From the IMG/VR virus record IMGVR_UViG_3300046005_001206, positions 1-60,180 of that record: 60,180 nt of DNA. One strand, written 5' to 3'. The position numbers were made by a program, and so were the translations under genes. Below, piece by piece: positions 36,546-44,536 of this stretch. The notes under the pieces were generated by a model. The model saw only the letters and a program-made list of their open reading frames with translations. It was not told the origin of the DNA and did not search any database. Source of the DNA: a virus (taxonomy: Duplodnaviria; Caudoviricetes). Every line of letters begins with the position of its first letter. Position 1 is the first letter of the stretch.

Positions 36546-36634
36546 ATGGTTGAAGCGACTACGAGTGATCTTTCGTAAATTGGGTTGGGCTCGATCCCTG
36601 TAAATTCCCTAGGTGGATTAGTCGCTTCAACCAT
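36546..36634 (+). ncRNA. Candidate structured RNA starting at an early promoter
   Basis: Perfect 16-bp closing stem ATGGTTGAAGCGACTA/TAGTCGCTTCAACCAT with internal hairpins; promoter 36513-36541. Confidence 0.6.
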
Positions 36635-36651
36635 ATTTTTGGAGTTTTATT

Positions 36652-36870
36652 ATGGATTATGATTTTGAACAGCTGGTTGAAGCCTTCGAATACCTCGACG
36701 ACCTTCGTGAGTCAGGTGCAGTGAATATGTTTGGCGCTGCAAGTTATGTAGCTTCTGATCTTGGTCACGACAAACGGACTGCACGAGATCTTGTTTCTGC
36801 GTGGATGAAATCCTACGATGGCAAGACGTCGGTTGAAGACCGTGCTGCATCGTTTGGAGAAACAGTATGA
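36652..36870 (+). CDS. Conserved phage hypothetical protein
   Basis: YLDDLRESGAVNMFGA motif. Confidence 0.75.
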   Translation: MDYDFEQLVEAFEYLDDLRESGAVNMFGAASYVASDLGHDKRTARDLVSAWMKSYDGKTSVEDRAASFGETV

Positions 36871-37493
36871 CTCGATTCGTAAATAGGTTTGTGATCTCTG
36901 ACCACCACCTTGGTCATACGAACTCATGGGAAAAGTTCAAGCTCAGGGATGGCAGTCCGCTGCGTCCGTTCACTTCGACCGAAGAGATGAATGAGACCAT
37001 GATCGAGCGGCACAATGCCAAGGTCAAACCGTTCGATACAGTTTACTATCTTGGCGATGTGGTAATCAACAAGAAGTATCTCGAACTGGTAAAGCGTATG
37101 AACGGTCGTAAGATCCTTGTACGCGGTAACCACGACATCTTCAAGGACGAAGACTATCGTTCAGTTGGCTTTGAGCAGATCCATGGTGTTCGTGTGTGGG
37201 TGGATAAGTTCATTCTGAGCCATATCCCTCTGCATCCTGACTGCGTAACTGAACGTTTCAAGGTCAACGTCCATGGGCATCTTCATGCCAATGAGATCAT
37301 GGGCTGGTGGAAGCACGGATATTCTGAGGATACAGAGATACCTGATCCTCGCTACCTGTGTGTCTCGGTTGAGCATACCAACTATGAGCCGTTGCATTTT
37401 GATGAGGTTGAGGCTAAGATCAAGAAGCGTTGGGAAGAGACTGGTTACACTGGTCCTGCAAAGGCCTGGGGTAATGGAAGTGGACCAGGTTAA
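36867..37493 (+). CDS. Calcineurin-like metallophosphoesterase
   Basis: SDHHLGH, LGD, GNHD, HGHLH. Confidence 0.88.
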   Translation: MTRFVNRFVISDHHLGHTNSWEKFKLRDGSPLRPFTSTEEMNETMIERHNAKVKPFDTVYYLGDVVINKKYLELVKRMNGRKILVRGNHDIFKDEDYRSVGFEQIHGVRVWVDKFILSHIPLHPDCVTERFKVNVHGHLHANEIMGWWKHGYSEDTEIPDPRYLCVSVEHTNYEPLHFDEVEAKIKKRWEETGYTGPAKAWGNGSGPG

Positions 37494-37638
37494 AGTGGGA
37501 TACGCCTATCCTACTACAAATCCTGTCGTAAATGATCTCTGTAAGTTCCTTTACGACTTTAAGGGTATCGTCAACGTAAAATAAGCATGTACAATTAATT
37601 GGTGGTAGTGTATACCAGAATCAGGAGGAAATTATATT

Positions 37639-38043
37639 ATGACAATGCATCTTCTTGGTCCGGCTTACACGACCACCAATACGCGTGTACGAAAGACCAA
37701 GACTAGTGCCACGCAGTACCATAAGTACTATATTGATTGGCGTGATGACTGCAAATTCAACAAGCGGCTTGGTACAACGCCAAAGACTCTAGACGAGTAC
37801 ATTGCGTATCGTCAGGGAAAGTACAAGCCAAAGCTCCGTGGCACACCGTTGCCAGAGTATAATGTATCCAACCACCGTGAACGCTATCCATCACAGACCG
37901 ACACTGGTGTCACATTTGCCAAGAAGCCAAACGTCTACACAGGCGATAAGTTGCTAGGTATTGCCACTATGCATAAGTCCAACATGGTTCCTGTCTTCAG
38001 TCAGGAGGATGCTGAAGAGATTGCTAAGATGCGCCGGGGCTAA
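37639..38043 (+). CDS. Conserved hypothetical protein
   Basis: YTG..LLGIATMHKSNMVPVF; early promoter 37588. Confidence 0.75.
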   Translation: MTMHLLGPAYTTTNTRVRKTKTSATQYHKYYIDWRDDCKFNKRLGTTPKTLDEYIAYRQGKYKPKLRGTPLPEYNVSNHRERYPSQTDTGVTFAKKPNVYTGDKLLGIATMHKSNMVPVFSQEDAEEIAKMRRG

Positions 38044-38104
38044 AATAGTTGTGTACAAATTATCCAAAATATCGTATTGTAAATAATAACATGTGGAGAT
38101 TATT

Positions 38105-38275
38105 ATGAACCAACGTCCTGGTAAGACTCATTTGGCTGCACTCGGTGATAGTCAAAATATTGCACTTCGTTCTCTTATTGACTATGTCAAGAATGCACGA
38201 GTTGCTCTTGACGAAACTGAACTCGAACATTGCGGTCAACCGTGGCTCCGTACATATGATGGGAAGTTGAAATGA
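38105..38275 (+). CDS. Small hypothetical protein
   Basis: Early promoter 38052, GGAG RBS. Confidence 0.5.
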   Translation: MNQRPGKTHLAALGDSQNIALRSLIDYVKNARVALDETELEHCGQPWLRTYDGKLK

Positions 38276-38679
38276 TTATTCAAAATGCTGTAACATGTCT
38301 CGGTTGCGGAGACTTCATCTTCTCTAAGCACAGTCACGATTTTGTAACTTGCACCTGTGGTGCTATCTCGGTCGATGGCGGCCAGGCGTATCTACGTCGG
38401 GTAGGTGCTATCCATAACTTTACTGAACTCAGCTGGGAGCTTCCTGACGAACTGTACAATGCTTGTGCAGCGGCTGTTGAAGATGCTATCAATACCAACC
38501 GCAATAAGTTTGGCATTGCCAATGCTGTGATGCGTAAGCTTCGCGAAGCTGGTCGTGTGGTTGCTGAGCATGAGCAGCGTATCTTTGCTGAGAATAAGGG
38601 CCTCGATGAGATCATGGTTGAAGAAGCAGATGGAACTTTTAATCGTTATAGAAAGGTCGTAGAATGCGATACTCTTTAG
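38272..38679 (+). CDS. Zn-ribbon hypothetical protein
   Basis: CLGC...HDFVTCTCGAISVDGG. Confidence 0.7.
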   Translation: MIIQNAVTCLGCGDFIFSKHSHDFVTCTCGAISVDGGQAYLRRVGAIHNFTELSWELPDELYNACAAAVEDAINTNRNKFGIANAVMRKLREAGRVVAEHEQRIFAENKGLDEIMVEEADGTFNRYRKVVECDTL

Positions 38680-38966
38680 AACGCGAAGGCGATGGTGCCG
38701 GTGATCGTGGCGGCATGAGTGATGCCATCACTCCTATTTGGGACGAAAACCAGAAGATGATCGACACGATCATCGAACAAAACGCCCGCCCAAAGGTAGG
38801 AGCGGTTATGAGAGTTGGCTCAATTTATGCTCGTAGCTACGATCATCACGACTGGTGGATGACTACGCCTATCACAGAGATCCTTGAAGAACACACCAGG
38901 GAAGATGGTGCAGAGTATGTTCGCTTCAAGACCCGTAACTCGATCTATATATGGAGATGCCAGTGA
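38664..38966 (+). CDS. Hypothetical protein
   Basis: DWWMTTPITEILE...FKTRNSIY. Confidence 0.65.
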   Translation: MRYSLEREGDGAGDRGGMSDAITPIWDENQKMIDTIIEQNARPKVGAVMRVGSIYARSYDHHDWWMTTPITEILEEHTREDGAEYVRFKTRNSIYIWRCQ

Positions 38967-39199
38967 ATCTTGAGACTGAGGCATATGAAGGAGAGTTGCG
39001 TAAACTGCGTCAAGTTTACGCAATGGTCAAGCACATCGGCCTTATAGAAAAACTTGGTGGCATCTACTTCATCTGTGGTGAAAGCGGCGCCAAAGACGAC
39101 AATGACCTTCCCGATAACATCTATATTTGTCCGGCATATGGATGTGATTGGTTTCAAGTATATAAAAAAACGGACAAATCTTTTGGACCTGAATGGTAG
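38951..39199 (+). CDS. Hypothetical protein
   Basis: FICGE...ICPAYG. Confidence 0.6.
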   Translation: MEMPVNLETEAYEGELRKLRQVYAMVKHIGLIEKLGGIYFICGESGAKDDNDLPDNIYICPAYGCDWFQVYKKTDKSFGPEW

Positions 39200-39203
39200 G
39201 AGA

Positions 39204-39452
39204 ATGAATATGAAGCATACTATTGAACTTGATTATGAAACTATAGACAAGATCGTTACTGAAACATTGCTTGAACAGCGGTCGAGTCTCCTTGAGGACT
39301 ATCAGAATGGTAACGTTCGTGTGTTCGATACGGATCCTGTCAACGACCGTAAACAGATTGGCGAGGTGATCAAGGCACTGGAGAAGGTCATTGACTGGTA
39401 CTCTATACCTGGTACCTATAAGTTCGCTGAACTGCCTACCTTCGATGCCTAA
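39204..39452 (+). CDS. Hypothetical protein
   Basis: AGGAG RBS; tightly packed. Confidence 0.6.
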   Translation: MNMKHTIELDYETIDKIVTETLLEQRSSLLEDYQNGNVRVFDTDPVNDRKQIGEVIKALEKVIDWYSIPGTYKFAELPTFDA

Positions 39453-39831
39453 GTATCTTGTAGAAACAATCTCGATACACCGTATTCGTTATGTTGTCGA
39501 TTGTGAGAGTGCAGAACATGCAAAAGACACAGTCACGATGAACGAGGCGGAAGAGTTTTCTCAGATGCATATCGACGAGTTAGTCACTTCTGCTCGCGTG
39601 ATCGATGACGCCGAGTATCTTCGTATGTTCGACGAGGATAATGACTATCTCAAAGGGTGGTCAGAAGAGCAGAAATTTAATTATGTGCACGAAGTAAACT
39701 ATGATACTTCAAATCCAGATATGAAAGAACTTGATCCTAGCCAACGTGACTGGGAATACGATGGCGGCGGAGTAAAAGTCTGGAAAGGCACAATGCAACG
39801 TTATGAGGTAGAAAATAATGGAACAGAATAA
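39445..39831 (+). CDS. Hypothetical protein
   Basis: YLVETIS.HRIRYVV, EFSQMHI. Confidence 0.65.
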   Translation: MPKYLVETISIHRIRYVVDCESAEHAKDTVTMNEAEEFSQMHIDELVTSARVIDDAEYLRMFDEDNDYLKGWSEEQKFNYVHEVNYDTSNPDMKELDPSQRDWEYDGGGVKVWKGTMQRYEVENNGTE

Positions 39832-40081
39832 AGTATATACAATTAAGTTGATGTCGGGCGAAGAACTCATTGCTCGTGTCAAGCAAGAAGGTGGTGTCAC
39901 CGAACTGCTGAAGCCTCGTACAGTTGGTATGGGACCTCAAGGTTTTGCTATGATGCCATGGATGATGTCAGCTCCTGATAACAACGTCGTCATCTCTGAT
40001 ACTGTGATTGTTGGCGCCACTGAAACAAGCGCACAGGTTGCTACACAATATCTGAAACAGGTGACAGGAATTCAAGTCTAA
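39818..40081 (+). CDS. Sm-like fold hypothetical protein
   Basis: TIKLMSGEELIARV...Y.KQVTGI. Confidence 0.65.
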   Translation: MEQNKVYTIKLMSGEELIARVKQEGGVTELLKPRTVGMGPQGFAMMPWMMSAPDNNVVISDTVIVGATETSAQVATQYLKQVTGIQV

Positions 40082-40497
40082 TGCTTGAATGTTTGATCAT
40101 GGGAGACTCGATCGCAGTTGGAACGAAGATGTTTGCTCCAAAAGAGTGTGTATCTTATTCGAAAGGTGGTTGGAATACTTGGCAATGGAACAAAAAGTGG
40201 GGTAAGACTCCGCTTGAAGCCAAGACAATCGTGATTAGCCTCGGAACAAACGATCATAGCGGCGTGAATACGAAAAAAGAGTTTACAAAAATTAGAACTC
40301 GTATTAAGGTAGGCAATATAGTATGGATCATGCCTCCTTGTAATAAAGGCTTTTGCAAACCTGCAGTCAACACTGCAGTGAAGAGCATTGCTGTCAGTTA
40401 CGGAGATCGTATCATCTCTACTTCGTATGTTCAACCTGATAATGTCCATCCGTCATGGCGTGGATATAAAGATCTCGTAAAGAAAGCTGGAATATGA
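40081..40497 (+). CDS. SGNH/GDSL hydrolase-like protein
   Basis: GDSIA, SLGTND, DNVHP. Confidence 0.8.
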   Translation: MLECLIMGDSIAVGTKMFAPKECVSYSKGGWNTWQWNKKWGKTPLEAKTIVISLGTNDHSGVNTKKEFTKIRTRIKVGNIVWIMPPCNKGFCKPAVNTAVKSIAVSYGDRIISTSYVQPDNVHPSWRGYKDLVKKAGI

Positions 40498-41051
40498 ATG
40501 TATTTGTATTAGATACTGATCCTGTAAAAGCAGCTCAGCTGCAGTGTGATAAACATGTAGTCAAGATGATCGTCGAGAGCGCTCAGATGCTCTCGACAGT
40601 TCATCGTATGCTCGACGGCGAGCAGTGTCGTATTCCTTCAAAGTCTGGTAAGACGATGTCGAAGGCATGGACTCTTCCTGACGAACGCGAAGATACGTTC
40701 TATCGTGCTGTGCATATGCACCATCCTTGCACGATTTGGACTGCACAGAGTAATAACAACTACACTTGGCACTGGGTACATTTTGCTGCTCTCTGCGACG
40801 AGTATACGTATCGCTATGGTAAAGTTCATAGTACTGATACACTCTTACGAGAAGCACTCAAGCAATTGCCTCGTAATATTCCAATTGGCTACAAGACTCA
40901 GTTTCCGTTGGCCATGGCGGCTTTTCCCGAGTGTATCGATTACAGCGACATCGTAGGATCTTATCGTAAGTTCTATCAGACAAAGCAAGAACGATTTAAG
41001 ATGGCTTGGACAAAGCGTCCTATTCCAGAATGGTTTACTGTCGCAGCATAA
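40494..41051 (+). CDS. Pyrimidine-dimer DNA glycosylase-family protein (DenV-like)
   Basis: DKHVVKMIVESAQMLST, HPCTIW, EYTYRYGK. Confidence 0.75.
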   Translation: MNVFVLDTDPVKAAQLQCDKHVVKMIVESAQMLSTVHRMLDGEQCRIPSKSGKTMSKAWTLPDEREDTFYRAVHMHHPCTIWTAQSNNNYTWHWVHFAALCDEYTYRYGKVHSTDTLLREALKQLPRNIPIGYKTQFPLAMAAFPECIDYSDIVGSYRKFYQTKQERFKMAWTKRPIPEWFTVAA

Positions 41052-41053
41052 CA

Positions 41054-41104
41054 TATAAATAGAATTAATACGGCCGCTCCAGTAGAGATACTCGGAGCGG
41101 TTTT
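41054..41104 (+). promoter_or_regulatory. Late promoter TATAAATA and adjacent hairpin
   Basis: TATAAATA 41054-41061; CCGCTCC...GGAGCGG followed by a T-run. Confidence 0.55.
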
Positions 41105-41137
41105 ATTTTGTTTGATAAATATGTCAAAGGAGTTTTT

Positions 41138-41863
41138 ATGAGTGTAGCATCAGACAAGTTTGAAAAAGATGTAGCGGCAGCTATCAACTCGGCGCCGAAT
41201 ACTAAAGCAGTACAGGGCCGCGATGTCAAATATGCTGATGTGCAAGTAACTCGCAATGGAACTACAGCGTGGCTCGAAGTAAAGATGTCTCATGGAGATA
41301 ATCTTTCGAATCCAAGATGTTTTTATATGGATGGAAAGTGGCAGACTACCTACACTACACCTGTTGCAGCTGAAGCTGTAAAGATCCTAAACGCATCTTC
41401 TCAAGCTGCAAAGTTTATCAAAGACATCTCCGCTTATTCTGGAATTCCTCACAAATCAATTATCATTGCAACGAATAAAGGCCAACTTAAAATGCCTGGT
41501 TGTGTACCGTTGCATGTCATGAAGAGCTACTTTGGCCAATCTGGTATAAATCGCTATATTGCTAACGAGCCGAATATGAATATCGGAGAACTCGTAACGA
41601 GACACTACCTCGAAGGAAAAGCTGCACCAGCATATTATATTCAAGCGGGCGATGACTTCTATATGATTGGTTCTAAAAATCCGTTTGGCCTCGACAGAAA
41701 TATTCCAAAGCTGGCAGGAACAGGAGATTTTAAGGTTCGTGTCTCGACTCGATCACAGTATTATGAAGTTCAAGCTGAGGTAAAGATCAAAGAGTTCATG
41801 CCTAAAAAATCAAAGTACACCGTTCTTGGAACTCCAGGAAAAATAAATCCTTTTTCGAAATAA
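41138..41863 (+). CDS. Putative PD-(D/E)XK nuclease
   Basis: FEKDV...ADVQV...WLEVKM fits E...D...ExK. Confidence 0.55.
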   Translation: MSVASDKFEKDVAAAINSAPNTKAVQGRDVKYADVQVTRNGTTAWLEVKMSHGDNLSNPRCFYMDGKWQTTYTTPVAAEAVKILNASSQAAKFIKDISAYSGIPHKSIIIATNKGQLKMPGCVPLHVMKSYFGQSGINRYIANEPNMNIGELVTRHYLEGKAAPAYYIQAGDDFYMIGSKNPFGLDRNIPKLAGTGDFKVRVSTRSQYYEVQAEVKIKEFMPKKSKYTVLGTPGKINPFSK

Positions 41864-41901
41864 AGCATGTACATTTTATCGAAACTATGGTAGAGTAAAC
41901 T

Positions 41902-42507
41902 ATGATAAAGAAACGATTCAGAGAGTTTATTGGTTCAGGTACACTTACGATATTCGATATCGATGAGACGCTCTTCCATACGTATGCCAAAGTTGCTGTT
42001 GTGAAAGATGGTAAGACAGTTCGTATGCTAGATAACCAAGAGTTCAACACATATAAGCGTAAGAAGGGTGAAACCTACGACTTCGGAGAGTTTGCTAACG
42101 CAGAGGTGTTCCGCAAGTCATCGAAGCCAATCACTCGAATGGTTGCCAAAACAAAAGCTATCTTTGCTAACTCGAAAAAGAATCCTCATAGTCGAGTGAT
42201 TATCTGTACAGCACGTGCTGACTTCGATAACAAGGACATCTTCCTTCAGACATTCAGAGATCATGGTCTTCCTATCGATAATATCCATGTCGAACGTGCT
42301 GGTAACTTGAAGATTGACTCATCGGCTGAAGCCAAGAAGATCATCTTTAAGAAATATATAAATACCAAGAACTATACAAAGTTAAGATTGTTTGATGATG
42401 CTCCTAGCAATCTTCATGCGTTTCTTTCATTGAAGAAAGAATTTCCTGATATTACGTTCGAAGCTTATTTTGTAAATCCTGATGGATCGGTAAAAACAGT
42501 ACGATGA
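41902..42507 (+). CDS. HAD-superfamily phosphatase
   Basis: IFDIDETLF (DxDxT), CTAR, K, FDDAPSNL. Confidence 0.8.
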   Translation: MIKKRFREFIGSGTLTIFDIDETLFHTYAKVAVVKDGKTVRMLDNQEFNTYKRKKGETYDFGEFANAEVFRKSSKPITRMVAKTKAIFANSKKNPHSRVIICTARADFDNKDIFLQTFRDHGLPIDNIHVERAGNLKIDSSAEAKKIIFKKYINTKNYTKLRLFDDAPSNLHAFLSLKKEFPDITFEAYFVNPDGSVKTVR

Positions 42508-42671
42508 AAACATTTAAACATTTTGTCTCTGAACAGCACGTAGACCACAAGGGTAATCCTATTACTGTGCAAGACATCCGTCTTATAGCTGGCGAAGGAA
42601 AACTTTTAAAAAGAACTATTAAACAAGCTGTTGATGTAATTAAAAGGCATCGCATGAAGAGAAACCCATAA
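42504..42671 (+). CDS. Small protein with capsid-targeting-like N-terminus (55 aa)
   Basis: MKTFKHFVSEQ...; coupled to both neighbours. Confidence 0.6.
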   Translation: MKTFKHFVSEQHVDHKGNPITVQDIRLIAGEGKLLKRTIKQAVDVIKRHRMKRNP

Positions 42672-43840
42672 TGACCACATTTAAAGATTTCCTTGCAGAA
42701 GAGCTTGACGAAAGCAAACTGAAGCATCTTGAGCATGCCGAAGATCATGTAATCAATGCTGGTCATGAAGGCTTTTCGCATGCCTATCACAACCTAAAAG
42801 ATGTGCATGATAAGTTGACTGGAAAGAAAAACGATACCAAAGTGACCATGAAGTATGATGGTTCTCCTTCTGTCGTATTCGGTCGACATCCTCAAACTGG
42901 TCGATTCTTTGTCGCATCAAAGTCTGCCTTTAATAAGAATCCAAAGATTAACTATACCGAAGACGATATTCAAAAGAATCATGGTCATGCGCCTGGCTTG
43001 GTAACAAAACTGAGAGCAGCTTTACAGCACCTTCCGAAGGTGACACCGAAGAAAGGGGTTTTCCAAGGCGATATTATGCATACGCCTGACGATGTTCATG
43101 ACAATGATGGTCGAGTGCACTTCACTCCGAATACCATTACATATTCTGCTGCGAAGGCATCTGCACAAGGTAAAGCCGCTCTCAATTCGAAAATTGGTGT
43201 TGCTGTTCATACCAAGTATAATGGCAACAACCTCGAAGACATGCAAGCCGAGCACGGCGCCGAACTCGGCGATTTTGGATTGCATAAAGATGTGCATTTG
43301 ATTTCTACCGCGCATCGCCTTGATAATATCAAGTATACTCCTCAGAATCGCGAAAGATTTGCAAAGGCGATGTCTGCAGCAGCTGCAGCCAATAAGAAAA
43401 CAAAGCCTGAAACATATGAAGCGATTAAAGGCCATGAGATTCCTCTGAAGACTTATATCAATCATACTGTTCGTACTGGTACAAAACCGAATGTCGAAGG
43501 TTTTATGAATCACTACATCAAGTCGCATCAAAAGAAAGTTGATAGTGTAAAAACTGACAAATCAAAAGCCGCGAAAACTGCTGAGATGGAAACTGCAATT
43601 GGCCACGTTCAACGCAATCGTAGGCACTTTGAAAATGTGTTAAATCAACATAAGGCATTACAAAAGGCCAAGAACGTATTAACGAATACGCTTTCGAGCA
43701 ATTCAGAATTTGATCATAGCATTAATGGAAAGAAAGCAAAGCCTGAAGGTTTTGTAGTAGTCAGACATAATCGTCCTACTAAGTTTGTTGATCGTGCTGA
43801 GTTCTCGGCAGCCAATTTTAATAGGGATAAAGCAGTATGA
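42671..43840 (+). CDS. Ligase-fold nucleotidyltransferase-like protein (DUF6267-like)
   Basis: KYDG (motif I), FQGD, PEGFVV, KFVDR; N-terminus MTTFKDFLAEE. Confidence 0.6.
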   Translation: MTTFKDFLAEELDESKLKHLEHAEDHVINAGHEGFSHAYHNLKDVHDKLTGKKNDTKVTMKYDGSPSVVFGRHPQTGRFFVASKSAFNKNPKINYTEDDIQKNHGHAPGLVTKLRAALQHLPKVTPKKGVFQGDIMHTPDDVHDNDGRVHFTPNTITYSAAKASAQGKAALNSKIGVAVHTKYNGNNLEDMQAEHGAELGDFGLHKDVHLISTAHRLDNIKYTPQNRERFAKAMSAAAAANKKTKPETYEAIKGHEIPLKTYINHTVRTGTKPNVEGFMNHYIKSHQKKVDSVKTDKSKAAKTAEMETAIGHVQRNRRHFENVLNQHKALQKAKNVLTNTLSSNSEFDHSINGKKAKPEGFVVVRHNRPTKFVDRAEFSAANFNRDKAV

Positions 43841-44448
43841 AGTCCATTCATATTACACAAGGAAGATTTAATCCTGTCCATGCTGGACATGCGATGGTTG
43901 TGAAACATGTGATGGATTCTGCTAAAGCGGAAGGTGCTGATCATAAGATCTTGACGACTGGATCTCATGATGCCAAGAAGAACCCTTTGACACCTGAGCA
44001 GAAGGTAAAGCATCTTTCTCGTGCTGTCAAAGGAGCGAAGGTTGAAGCGATGAGTAAAGATCATCCTACTCTTTTGCATCAGATGTCGAAGTTGCATAAA
44101 GCTGGTTACACACATGTGACGATGCATGTTGGTTCTGATCGTGTCAATGAATTCCATAAACTCCTACATCAGTATAATGGCAAAGATCTCAAGCATGGTC
44201 ATTATAACTTTAAGAGCATTAAGGTCAAGTCAGTAGGCGGAGAACGTAAAGAAGGCGGAGGTGGAATTGAATCCGCTTCTGGTACTGCTATGCGTAAGCA
44301 CGTTACCGCAGGTGATAAGGAATCATTCCATAAGATGGCTCCATCAGGTATGAGTAAAGCACATAAAGATGAACTGTATCATGATGTCCGCAAAGGCATG
44401 GGCGTGAACGAATCATTCATTGTGAGATTTAAAAACTGGATTGGTTGA
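43837..44448 (+). CDS. HxGH nucleotidyltransferase (cytidylyl/NMN adenylyltransferase-like)
   Basis: GRFNPVHAGH, KNPL, VGSDR, SGTAMR. Confidence 0.8.
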   Translation: MKSIHITQGRFNPVHAGHAMVVKHVMDSAKAEGADHKILTTGSHDAKKNPLTPEQKVKHLSRAVKGAKVEAMSKDHPTLLHQMSKLHKAGYTHVTMHVGSDRVNEFHKLLHQYNGKDLKHGHYNFKSIKVKSVGGERKEGGGGIESASGTAMRKHVTAGDKESFHKMAPSGMSKAHKDELYHDVRKGMGVNESFIVRFKNWIG

Positions 44449-44467
44449 TCCGTTAAAGTTTCTTTGT

Positions 44468-44475
44468 TATAAATA
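44468..44475 (+). promoter_or_regulatory. Late promoter TATAAATA
   Basis: Consensus upstream of the 690-aa gene. Confidence 0.7.
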
Positions 44476-44536
44476 GGTTTGCGGTTAGGCTACGGCAATC
44501 CCGTTTGTGTAACAGATAAGCCCAAGGGAAACTCTG

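Noticed and set aside
44476-44536. Twister or pistol ribozyme
   Set aside because: Only superficial resemblance; the conserved catalytic core could not be matched by eye
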